Positions 1 through 10,690 of a DNA stretch of 45,940 nt are shown piece by piece (within the stretch, counting starts at the first letter, position 1; each line of letters starts with the position of its first letter). The notes below the pieces were generated by a model. That model did not search any database. It was not told where the DNA came from and saw only the letters and a program-made list of their open reading frames with translations. A program made the position numbers and the translations under genes. Origin of the DNA: Dimorphilus gyrociliatus (Eukaryota > Animalia > Annelida); contig CAJFCJ010000154.1 in NCBI GenBank assembly GCA_904063045.1, positions 1 through 45,940 of the forward strand. Direction: 5' to 3'.

Positions 1-440
1 TTTTCTGTTATATATTCTATATTTAAATATAAAAAGAATTTAACACTGGAATATTATCTAATTTAAAACTGTTATATGTTCTTAATATCTAATTAAGTGT
101 TTATTCTATTTTTTTAATACAAAAAAAAATTTATAATTAAAAAAGTTTTAAAATAGATAATATTTTAATATTAAATTCTTATTATACAGCTAGAATACTA
201 TTAGAGTTTTTTCTAATAATAATTTAGCAATTTATATAATTAATACCAATCAATTAATTACAAAATTCTAGATTTTTAGTAAAAGTAATCGATACATACA
301 AAATCATAAACACATTGGCTTAAAAACATTGCAATTTTTTTGGATTATTTTTATTTTATTCTGGAATATAAAATTTACTAATTTATCATAGGAAGTTCTG
401 GACAAAAAAAACTATAAAACAAACGACAAGAAGATATAGC

Positions 441-1764
441 ATGAAATTCCTCTTAGCAATCTCACTTTTAATTGCTGTGTTAACAAGAGACTCCAATGAA
501 ATAGTAATCGTAAAAAGATGTGGTAACGAAGATATTGAAAAAGTATGTGGTACTGCTGGTTTAAGTTGGGTTGGTGCAACCGCTTACAATATAAATACCT
601 TGACTAAGATGCTTAAAGAATGTAATATTCCTAACGCTGCAGTTTTCTCATGGAATGGACAACCTGCTCGTTTAGTTTTACAACAAAACGGTGCTTTGAA
701 TCCATTTAACCAACAAACAAACCCAACAGATTACGTATTCTGTGCTAGAAAATGTCATGGAAAGCCAAAGCAAGTATGTCCTCCAGTACAGCCTAGTACC
801 AGTACAGCCTTATTGTCCTCCATTTTGTCCACCTTATAGAAAAGAACGAAGAGAATGGAAAGGTGATTCATCAGATTTTAATATCAATGTTGATGCAGAA
901 GTAGATGTTGATGTAGAAGTATCTAATGGTAGAGTTGACATTGATATCGATATTGAAGAGAGTATTGACATTAATGTTGGTAGAGATTCATCATCTGATG
1001 AAGGAAGACATCATAGGGGTCGTAGATTAAGACCATGTTTGCCATATAGAGGACCTTGTAAACCATACCCATGTCCACCAACCCCTGGTCCATTCCCACC
1101 ATGCCCACCATACCCATGTTTCCCAGTCAAATGTCCATGGGAAAAAGGTTACAAGAATAGATGTAAAGAATACACCAAGAAACTAAAATGCTTTAGGAAA
1201 AATCCATGTTGGCCAAGAAGAGGATGTGATTACATCAAGTGGTTAGCTAAATGTCTAGAAGTCTCTAAGACATACGTTTACAACGATAAGGATGATCATT
1301 GTAGAAATAGATGGGTAGTTGATGTAGACGAAGTAACTCATAAAAATGTACAAGATATAAGAAAACTCAAGTTACAAAAATGCATTTATGGAAACAGGCC
1401 AGATTGTAAGTTCAATGTTCCATACATACTAAGATTCCCAAGAATACTTAAATGTATCAGAGATTACATTAGAAGGAAATGTTGTATCAAAAAAGTATGT
1501 CTGTATGTTGATTGTAGAAGTAGAGTCTATGTCTACTATAGAGGAAGGCTATGGCTAATCTGTTATAATCCAAGAACAATATGTGGTAGATGTCCAAGAG
1601 TTAGATTCATTCCACTCCCAAGAGCATGTGTTGAATACTTAGCAAAATCTGGACTCTTCGGTGTTGACTTTAAAAGACATCATAAAGATAGCAGCTGTTC
1701 CGATTCAGGAAGGAGAGGTATTAGATTTGAAGATAGCTCTAATGGTAACGGATTATTAGCTTGA
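441..1764 (+). CDS. EnP1: Endospore/spore-wall protein EnP1 homolog, split by a +1 frameshift near 782-810
   Basis: Signal peptide MKFLLAISLLIAV. WNGQPARLVLQQNGALNPFNQQTNPTDYVFC matches the EnP1 N-terminal motif as I recall it (WN..PMVLYDNGALAPFDPYTNTAKYVLC). The Cys/Pro/basic C-terminal part ends in GLFGVDF (EnP1 GLFGVEF). ORFs 441..839 and 742..1764 are two halves of one gene. Confidence 0.85.
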
Positions 1765-1903
1765 TGTGAATAAAGTCCGTTAAAAAATTTTTTTTAAAAA
1801 ATGTTAAACTAATTTTAAAGCGATTTAATATAATTTCTACAATTAATATTTAGAATATTTAATGATAATATGAGTCTTAAAAGATTAAATAAGCTAACCC
1901 CCA

Positions 1904-2758
1904 ATGTTTAAAGAATGTATTAATTGTTGTAAAAAAGTTTAATTTTTTTAAAAATAAATATTATTGTGAATTGTGTAATACTTACTACAATAAAAATAAA
2001 GAACCAATTAAATCTAAACTAGACGCACTAGAATTTTGTAATGAATGTCAAAGAAATGAAAAAATAAAATGTAAAAACTTTGAAGAATTATTAAAAAATT
2101 GAATTTGTGTTACGATTGTGAAAAAAACGTACCAACTCTTAGAAATATATTTTATAAAGATTTAGGAAAGAAGATCCAGCTAAAACAAAAACTAATTTTT
2201 TTCTTGATAGCACCATTTTTAATTTTCAATACAATAAAAAATGATTTTTTAAACAATTCAAACTATAATTCAATATTTAATATTATAAAGAATACTATAG
2301 TATATGATTATATAGAAAAGTTATTAAGCTATACAAAGAATACTATAGTATATGATTATATAGAAAAGTTATTAAGCTATACAAAGAATACTATAGTATA
2401 TGATTATATAGAAAAGTTAGTGTTTTATGTTATCAATAATAATTTATATACATGCTTTGTTATCATTAATGTATTTCTATTAGACTTCTCTTATAAATTA
2501 AGAATTCCTTTTGTAATTTTAAAAACTATTCTAATTTTTGTAATTCCAGAAAGCAGATTTTATTTAACAACGATTTATTTGATTTATAACTTCTTTTTTA
2601 TATTAAAAAATAAGAATATTTATTATGAAGTAGAAATTTATACTAATAATAAAGAAGACTCTTTAGTTGAAGAATTTAAAAATTTAACTTTAAAAAATGT
2701 TTTATATAAAAAAATTACAAATAGCAATAAAATTCAAATAATAGAAAAAATTCAATAA
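1904..2758 (+). CDS. Ima1/Samp1(TMEM201)-like inner nuclear membrane protein with four CxxC motifs; two compensating frameshifts (about 1931-1940 and 2093-2099)
   Basis: CCCCCA-ATG at 1904. The joined frames give CINC, CELC, FCNECQRN and LCYDCEKNV, followed by hydrophobic segments, which is the Ima1_N layout. The track ORF 2099..2758 (TTG start) is only the 3' part. Confidence 0.55.
2288..2419 (+). repeat. Perfect 48-bp coding tandem repeat, 2.75 copies (KNTIVYDYIEKLLSYT)
   Basis: The unit starts at 2288, 2336 and 2384. Confidence 0.95.
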
Positions 2759-2809
2759 ATTTGATTTTTTAAACAATTATTTTGTTTACATACGATTTAA
2801 AAAAACTCA

Positions 2810-2968
2810 CTTTCTTTTTTATTTATTTTTCTTATTTATTTTTCTTTTTTATTTATTTTTCTTATTTATTTTTCTTTTTTACTTAATTTTTTAATTTTTT
2901 AATTTTTTTCTTTTTTACTTAATTTTTTAATTTTTTAATTTTTTAATTTTTTTAATTTTTTTAATTTT
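2810..2968. repeat. T-rich low-complexity tract between convergent genes
   Basis: Repeated TTTCTTTTTATTTATTTTTCTTA and TAATTTTTT units. Confidence 0.85.
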
Positions 2969-3535
2969 CTATTCATTGTTACTTAATTTCATGTTTATAT
3001 ATTTACTTAAACTAAGTCTTTTATTACTACCAACTCCATATAACTCAATATTTTGAATATCAGAATTAAAAAGCTCTTTTAAAGTAAACCTTCTATTAAT
3101 AATCTGAGCATCTATTCTGTTTAGTCCTGGAAACTTACTAATAAAACTTATCTTACTATCTTCTTCTTTCTTATCTTTAATACTTTCATATGATATTTTA
3201 CTAGCCATCGTTTGTATATAATTAGCAGATTCTTCATCTGAGTAACTAATTAATAAACAATGATTATAATCATTTGCTAAATCAAATAACTTAACAATAT
3301 ACTCTTCATAGTTAATTGTATCTATTTGTACTAATAAAAATCTTTTAGTATGATGAACTGCTTTTATTACGGAAGATATTTTGTCTGGCATTTGTAAATA
3401 AAATCTTAAAGAAATGTAAAGAATTGAAATATTGTTTATTTGGTAGTCAGTTTGTATTTTTTTAAAAACATAGGAGGATTTTAAGAGGTGTTCTAAGACT
3501 GGATTTCCTCTCTGCTTTTCGTTTACTACAATCAT
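2969..3535 (-). CDS. RAD10: Nucleotide excision repair protein Rad10/ERCC1
   Basis: IVVNEKQRGNPVL and ILYISLRFY are ERCC1 central-domain motifs. There is a C-terminal HhH-like segment (ISKFPGLNRIDA...GVGSNKR) and a CCCTAG-ATG start. Confidence 0.9.
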   Translation of the reverse strand: MIVVNEKQRGNPVLEHLLKSSYVFKKIQTDYQINNISILYISLRFYLQMPDKISSVIKAVHHTKRFLLVQIDTINYEEYIVKLFDLANDYNHCLLISYSDEESANYIQTMASKISYESIKDKKEEDSKISFISKFPGLNRIDAQIINRRFTLKELFNSDIQNIELYGVGSNKRLSLSKYINMKLSNNE

Positions 3536-3800
3536 CTAGGGTTGTAAGATGTTTTAAGTTTTATTGATTTTATTTAAAAATATAAAAATAAAATATACTT
3601 AAAAAACTAATATTTCATAAGAAAATACGAATTAGATTAACATTAAATACTGTTTCATTAAGTTTAGTACCAAAATTAAGACAAGATCTAAAACCTCGTA
3701 TATTTTTTTTAGGAATTTCTTTAACAGAAATTTTACTGGACAGAATTGTAAATTTACTCCTAAACGAGAATTTAAATATAAAGAAGAAGAAACCCTCCTT

Positions 3801-5607
3801 ATGAAAATTTTATATCATTTATTTACCTTATCCAGACTCTCTTTAAAGTTGTTTTTAATATTTAAATATTTAACATTTACAGAAAGTAGTACCGATGAAT
3901 CAATTCCTATAGATTATAATATTATTAATGTGAGATGTATTGATAAAAATAAAGTAGAATCCAAAGAAACCACTCTTTTGATGTTTGAGTATTTTATAAA
4001 TAAAAATAAACTCGGAGAAGAAAATCTAAAATATAGATATACGATGGGATTAGAAGACTTTAACAGTTCTGCAAATAAAGGTGATTATATTTTTAGAGAC
4101 TTTTGTTGTTTGAATAGTAAATATTTTCAAAAATTAATTGAATTAGTAGAAGATGAAAGTATTACTGAAATAAATGAAGAAGAGGTGTTGAAACTAACAG
4201 AATTAATATTACTTTGAAGGCCAAAAAGTGATTTTATCACTAAAAATTTATGTCTAAAAATTGTTGAATGCGCACAAAAAAAATAATACAAAAAAAATTT
4301 TAAATAAAAGCGGAAAGAAAGAGCGCTCAGTTATTATAGCACCTAAAACATATAAATATATTATTCTATTAAGTACGCTAATTCGAGAATCAAATAGTAA
4401 AATGCTTATTAACAATTTATTAGGACAGTTAATTAATAATGGAAATGTTCATTCTTTGGATACAGAAGTTGATATTGGAAAAATTTTATACGAACTAATA
4501 AAGATAATTCTGGATGATAAAATAAGTAAAAATAAAGAATCGATACTTAGTGTCTATGGATATAAAGATGGAATTTATCAAGATAATAAAATTCTTAGAC
4601 TGGATATAAAATGTTATAGAAATGATATATTTTACATAGAAATTGAGAAATCTGAGCTTAGAAGTGGTTTAAAAGAAACAGTTGATTTTTTACCAGAAAT
4701 GGCAAATCTTATTTTGTCCAAGATTGATTCTTTATTATTGGATGATATAAATAATTCCCCTTTTTTATTTAACACTGAAAATTTGAAGTTCATTGCAAGT
4801 GATTTTAGGGAAATTAATATTACCAAATTGTTAATAAACTTTCCAAATTTAAAAATAATAAAATTGTATTTTTGTAAGTTTGATCGACAAACGTTCAAAT
4901 TGCTTGAGAAATGTAATTCTCTAGAAAAGCTTATTTTTGACTGGAGTGAATTAGAAGAAGTTGATATTCAAACATTTTTTAACTGCTTTCCGAATTTAAA
5001 AGTATTAGAAATTCCTGCTTGTAGTATCACTCCAAAGTCGTTCGGAAGTATACAAAAATTCAATTCACTTGAAGAATTGACTATCACATGGAGCAAATTA
5101 AAAGAACTTAACTTTGGGACAATCATTAATAAACTTCCAAACTTGAAGAGATTACAATTAATATCTTGTGATATTACATCAGCTTCATTTCTAGGTCTCA
5201 AAGAACATACTTCCTTGGTTTATTTAAACATTAAATGGAACGATTTATCAGAATTTTTAATTGAAGATTTTCTTAAAAACTTTCCAAATATAGAAACATT
5301 GGATTTATTTAATTGTGGTCTTTCCGTTAAATCTTTCATAGGTTTAAAAGAGTGTACTTCGTTAAAAACATTTAATTTGAGATATAATAAATTAGAAGAT
5401 CTAAAAATAGCAGATTTCCTTGTTAATTTCCCCAATTTAGTAAATTTAGACGTATATCCTACTTTTTTTAATGAAGAGTCATTAGTAGGATTAGAAGAAT
5501 TTCCACTTCTAGAAGAAGATCTTTTTTTAGAATCTATGTATTCGGGAGGTGATGAAATCAAAAATTTTGTTAAAAAATACAAAAATCAGAAAAGACGAAC
5601 TTATTAA
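3801..5607 (+). pseudogene. LRR protein with N-terminal extension, interrupted by an in-frame TGA (4215) and a frameshift in A8 (4276-4283)
   Basis: ORF 4261..5607 has LRRs of about 50-aa double period (FPNLKIIKL, NSLEKLIFDW, FPNLKVLEI). The frame of ORF 3801..4217 stays open past the TGA (RPKSDFITKNLCLKIVECAQK) and then joins the LRR frame. It has a CCC-motif start. Confidence 0.55.
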
Positions 5608-5620
5608 AATTAATTATTAA

Positions 5621-5785
5621 TAAAACAAGTTTATTAGAAAAATATTACAAAATAAAACTCAAGAGTCTCAAAGAATATCTAAATGAATACAAATTTCAAT
5701 TAAAACAAGTTTATTAGAAAAATATTACAAAATAAAACTCAAGAGTCTCAAAGAATATCTAAATGAATACAAATTTCAATTAAAA
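5621..5785. repeat. Perfect 80-bp tandem duplication
   Basis: 5621-5700 is identical to 5701-5780. Confidence 0.95.
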
Positions 5786-6503
5786 TTGGTTTCATTTATA
5801 AATCAATAAATATAAAAATTAATAGAAACTATATTTTTTAAATAAAATATTAGAAATTTAATAGTTGAATTCTTGTGTTTTTAAGTATATATTAAAGAAT
5901 AAGCTTTATATCATTTAAATTGAACGAAATTAAACTTTTATTTAAGAAAAAAAAGAACAAAAAAGAGTCTATTTTTAATAAAGTTCTATATTAACTAAAA
6001 CATTACATTAAGCGTTATCAAATAAATAAAAGTTTTTAATTATGGATAAGTTACCTTCTTTCAAGACATTTTAGCACTTGGTTTATCCTTGTTCTTTTAC
6101 ATTATCAAATAATGTACTTATTTTTTACTAATTTAACCTAAAAATAGTTTTACTTGTATTTTTAAAGTATATCTCTTTATTTTCTATATTTAATTAGTTT
6201 ATACTGAGATTTGTATGGTAAATAAACAAACATAATTTGACTCATTTTATAATGTTTACAAATCGATTAATCAGAATATGAATTAATATATTTTGTAAAG
6301 TTATCTATAAAAACATACAAAATCTAAATATCTCTTTTATAGAAAATGATTTATGATTAGAAGGGGTCACTTCGTTATATCTTAATATCTATAAATCTAT
6401 ATCTTCCGTCTTTAATAAATCTACAATATTTACCATAAAGAACTTTTTTTTAATCAAAACAAAAATCTAAAGTATTAAAGAAATATACTCTTAGATTAAA
6501 CCC

Positions 6504-7541
6504 ATGTTTATTTTGCTAACTGTTATTAAATGTATAGCATACAATAAAAAAGAACTAAGACCTGTTCAGGTTCAATTAAGGAACAATAATTTATTAGAAT
6601 ACGATGATTTTGATGAAATTATAAGAGACATAGCAATTAAAGAGTTTAATTTTAGTGATATAGATTCAATACTTCTAGTAAATAAGGAAATAACACCTAA
6701 AACTTTAGAAGTATTGTCGTTGTTTGATGAGTTAAGAGTATTAAAAACAGAATATTGTAGATTTGACGTTGATATTTTAAACCAAATCAGTCAATTCAAA
6801 AATATTAAAGAATTAAAATTAAATTTTAACATAACATGGTTTGGTAACGAGGTTGATAGTATAATGAACATTCAAAATTTAGAAGTACTAAGTTTAGTAG
6901 GAAATGATTTATCTGGAGGTACATTGAAAAACATCAATAAATTACAATGGCTGACTGAATTATATATTAGTCTGAATAATAGATTAAGTATAGAAGACTA
7001 TCAATCTATATATGATATTACTCTATTAAAACACTTAGATTTGAAAGATTGTTGCCTAAAAAAAGGGGGTTTGGATAATATTAATAGACTTCTATGTTTA
7101 GAAACTTTAAATTTGAGTCAAAACCAGAATCTAGATTTAAACGACTATTTAAATGTTCTAAGACTAAAAAATCTTAAAACTCTTAAAATTTCTCATTGCA
7201 ATATAATGAATGGATATTTGAACGGTATTGATAAACTTAACTCTTTAAAGATTTTAGACTTATCTTATAACCCTAAAATAGAAAAAGAAGATTATGAAAT
7301 AGTTTATAAAATAAAAAGTTTAGAAATTCTTTATTTAGTGTCAAATGAAATGAAAAATGAATATTTGGACGGGATAAGTAATTTATTACGTTTAATAGAG
7401 CTTGATATATCATACAATACTGAAATAACAGATCTTTATTATATTATTACCCCAGGTTTACCATCTCTAAAGAAATTAGATTTCAAAAGATGTGGAATAA
7501 AAAATAAGTTAAAATCAAGCCATTCAAGATTTTTTAATTAA
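6504..7541 (+). CDS. Leucine-rich repeat protein with probable signal peptide
   Basis: CCC-ATG start, short hydrophobic N-terminus, about 11 LxxLxLxxN/C repeats (LEVLSLVGNDL, LETLNLSQNQNL, LKILDLSYNPKI). Confidence 0.9.
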   Translation: MFILLTVIKCIAYNKKELRPVQVQLRNNNLLEYDDFDEIIRDIAIKEFNFSDIDSILLVNKEITPKTLEVLSLFDELRVLKTEYCRFDVDILNQISQFKNIKELKLNFNITWFGNEVDSIMNIQNLEVLSLVGNDLSGGTLKNINKLQWLTELYISLNNRLSIEDYQSIYDITLLKHLDLKDCCLKKGGLDNINRLLCLETLNLSQNQNLDLNDYLNVLRLKNLKTLKISHCNIMNGYLNGIDKLNSLKILDLSYNPKIEKEDYEIVYKIKSLEILYLVSNEMKNEYLDGISNLLRLIELDISYNTEITDLYYIITPGLPSLKKLDFKRCGIKNKLKSSHSRFFN

Positions 7542-7620
7542 ATATACAATTTTATTGATTTTAAATAAATTAAATTCTATTCTTGAACTAATAAATACAT
7601 TTAATTGTTATACTTTATTA

Positions 7621-9930
7621 GGTGACCCCTTATATGTTTAGCGATATATATCATAGAGAAGACAAGTTGTTATTTTCAACTTTATAGTAGAAAACATGTT
7701 TTATTATCCGGATAAAATTGTTGTAGGAGGAAAGAATCTATGATTTTAATCAAGAATTGTAATTTAGAAAGGTGATTTTGTGTTTTAAAAGTCGTAAGTG
7801 TTTAAAAAAAGAATTCTATTATGTGAAGAGCTTCATCTTCTAATATAAAATTGTCTTTAGTGAAAATTATAAAAGTAATCTATAAAATAACACAGAAGTC
7901 GATCTACAAAAACATATGTGATGAAGTACAAGTGAATAAAGCAGCATTTTTAATTATAAAACACTTATTATAGGCTATATTGAAAAAACAACCACGTTTC
8001 CGTATTGATGGTGTTAAAATAGAAGTTGATGAAAGCTGCCTCGCAAAACGCAAACATCAGAAGAGTAGAATAATAAAAAAAATCTGGTTGTGGGAGGTGT
8101 TACAGGACCACTACATCCTTTTGACTATAAGAAAGCCAATAACTACTGATAAATTAAAAAAGATGATTTATCATGTCATAAAAAGTAAAACAACAATAAT
8201 AACATAAATTTGGAAAGACTATAATTCTATCCAACCACTTAATATGAAACACTAGAAAATAAATCATAAAAAATACTTTGTAGGTCCAAGAAATTGTAAA
8301 ATTAACGCACAATTAGTAGAAAATAATTGGGAACACTTAAAATATTTTCTTAAAAGCAGAGAATTCAATATTAAAAAATATATTAGAAATTATATTATGG
8401 AATACAGTGTGTAAAAAAAAAGTGGTCACCCATATTTTTGTCGATTAATATATAATTTGATTCTTTTATTCTGAATAAGTCTATACCAAATGTTTCATAA
8501 TTAATCATTAAAGCTTTTCTATATTTTAAATTTTTCTGCTTATCTTATTTTTAATTATTTTAATGAAAAATGTTTTAAAGACTGTAAAAAAAAAGTGGTC
8601 ACTTATTGAAATATACTTTCCCACCACTTTGGTATAAAAATAAAATAGCAAATATACCCAACATGGGTCTACACTACTCTAACGAAAGAAATGAGAAATA
8701 ATAGGGATGAAGAATTCAGGGATTTCTCTTAGAAAATTTCTACAATTTTAGGGATTCCGTATTCATCTGTACAGAAAATCGTAAAAAGGCAGATGAATAT
8801 GATAAATAGGACATATAGGAGGAAGTGGAAGGCCTCAAAAACTAACAGGTCAAAATATAGAACTTCTATATAAGGAAGTAAAAAATGATAACACTATATC
8901 TTGCAGAAAGTTAGTAGAAAAGTTGAAAGAAAAACAAGGTATAGACTGCTCACATATGACAGTCAAAAATTACCTAAATAAGTTAGACTTTATATCGGCT
9001 TCACCGATAAAAAAACCACTTCTTCAACCAAGGCACATAGTAAACCGTTTTGAAGCTAGTAAGAGGTGGATAAAAATGCCTGAAAGTAGAGTTAAAACAA
9101 TGATTTTTAGCGATGAATGTAAATTTAATTTATTAAATTCAGATGGAAATGTAAAGATATGGAAAACTAGAGGAGAACCGATTACTTCTAGAAATGTTCG
9201 AGGTACTTAAAATTTGGAGGAGGATCTGTTATGGTATGGGGGTGTTTTTCGTATCATGGTGTTGGAGAAATCAAATTTATCGATGTAAAAATGGATGCAG
9301 CATACTACTGCAATATGTTAAGCTCTTGTTTGTTTAACCGGCCTCTAAAATGGGATTATCTGATTTTATTTTTGTACAAGATAACGATCCCAAGCATACA
9401 AGTAAGCTAGCAAAGAAAATTTTCAGAGAGAATAATATTAAAGTTGAAAGCTGGCCTGCTCAATCTCCTGATTGCAACCCTATAGAAAACTGTGGGCAAT
9501 AATCAAGGCCAAAATAGGAAATAAAATGTTTAAAACAAGGAATGAATTAAAGGCTGCTATAACAGAAGAATGAAATAAAATACCAGTAGAAACGTGGCAG
9601 AAGCTGGCTTTATCATTTAAAAAAAGCATTGTTACTTTATAGAGCAAAAGGAGGATGTATTATGAAATAAATGATAGTGACCACTTTTTTTTTACAGTCT
9701 TAAAGACATTTTTCATTAAAATAATTAAAAATAAGATAATCAGAAAAATTTAAAATATAGAAATAATTTAATGATTGATTATAAGACATTTGGTATATAT
9801 TTATTTAGAATAAAACAATCAAATTATTTATTAATCAACAAAAATATGGAAGACCACTTTTTTTTTACACACTGTATAGTTATATCCATCAACAAAAATG
9901 GCTTTCCCAAAGTATTAGAATTATTTAAAT
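7621..9930 (+). mobile_element. Degenerate Merlin/ISXO2 transposon interrupted by a Tc1 element (8405-9874)
   Basis: IEVDESCLAKRKHQKSR, and INHKKYFVG...VENNWEHLK in broken frames. The C-terminus (YIMEY...GFPKVLELFK) appears to resume after the Tc1. Boundaries are approximate. Confidence 0.65.
8405..9874 (+). mobile_element. Tc1-family DNA transposon (DD34E), IR/DR-type TIRs of about 199 bp, frameshifted transposase
   Basis: TA|CAGTGTG...CACACTG|TA. TIRs are 8405-8603 and 9676-9874, each with outer and inner TGTAAAAAAAAAGTGGTCAC repeats. Catalytic motifs FSDECKF, QDNDPKH and SPDCNPIE give a counted 34-residue D-E spacing. Confidence 0.95.
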
Positions 9931-10161
9931 AAAATAGTGTTTTATAGTTTTTTTCACATTTTTTGGGTCCCTTAAAACGAATTTTTACTCTTCATTCACA
10001 AAGACTACATTAAATGTTAAATTATATATTAGTATATGAATTAATATCTATATTTAAAAATTGTAAATTAAACAAAAAATAGGCTTTATTATAATTTTAG
10101 CTATTTTAAAATTTGGTTTAAGATTAAAATATCTTAGGATTAGTTTTTTTTCTCTACCCTA

Positions 10162-10305
10162 ATGGAAATAGAAGATGAGTTTATTTTAGCATTTCTTGAG
10201 GAAATAAAAAATGAATTTAAAGAGGATTTTTTAAAAGGAAGAGCGCTGTTCAATAAACGTTTCAATAGTGAAAAAGAATTGAAAAACATTGATATTAGTT
10301 GGTAA
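10162..10305 (+). CDS. Small ORF (47 aa) with microsporidian start context, function unknown
   Basis: Poly-T followed by CCCTA-ATG; MEIEDEFILAFLEEIKNEFKEDFLKGRALFNKRFNSEKELKNIDISW. It is not in the ORF track. Confidence 0.4.
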   Translation: MEIEDEFILAFLEEIKNEFKEDFLKGRALFNKRFNSEKELKNIDISW

Positions 10306-10690
10306 TTTTAATCAAGATATTGAAGTTTGCTTAGATATCTTAAGTAATATATTAACTATCAATTGAACCTCTAAATTTCACAAAGGCAAGATCGTAAACA
10401 AAAAAGTTATAATAAGTAGATACAACGTTCTGTCATATTTCATAGTATTTATAAATTTTAGTTTCAGTATATTTTAATAAATAAATGTGATTTTAAATTA
10501 AATAAAGTTAAGGTACTTTGTTTTACTATTTCCTTCGTATAAACAATCATAAGTCCTCAATATGGGAGGAGAATCCATTGTCCAGTTCACTGATTTTATT
10601 TTCTTTGAAACAGTCTAGCTTTTCTTAGAACTATACTATCATGTATTATCCTAGCGAAAGCGCCCCTAAATGTTTTTATTAAATATTTAT

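Noticed and set aside
774-796. GTATGT...TAG 23-nt intron repairing EnP1
   Set aside because: Removing 23 nt gives the third frame; 3n+1 nt must be removed.
4632-5582. Antisense ORFs over the LRR gene, and similar shadow ORFs at 13135, 14115, 19998, 21559, 27407, 28400, 33471, 34567, 37632, 38127, 42035, 42391 and 42621
   Set aside because: They are opposite-strand shadows of real genes or TEs, with no start signal or recognisable motif.
10575-10690. Minus-strand open stretch abutting element A, as a gene disrupted by the insertion
   Set aside because: It closes after under 40 codons and has no recognisable homology; the other side is hidden by the gap.
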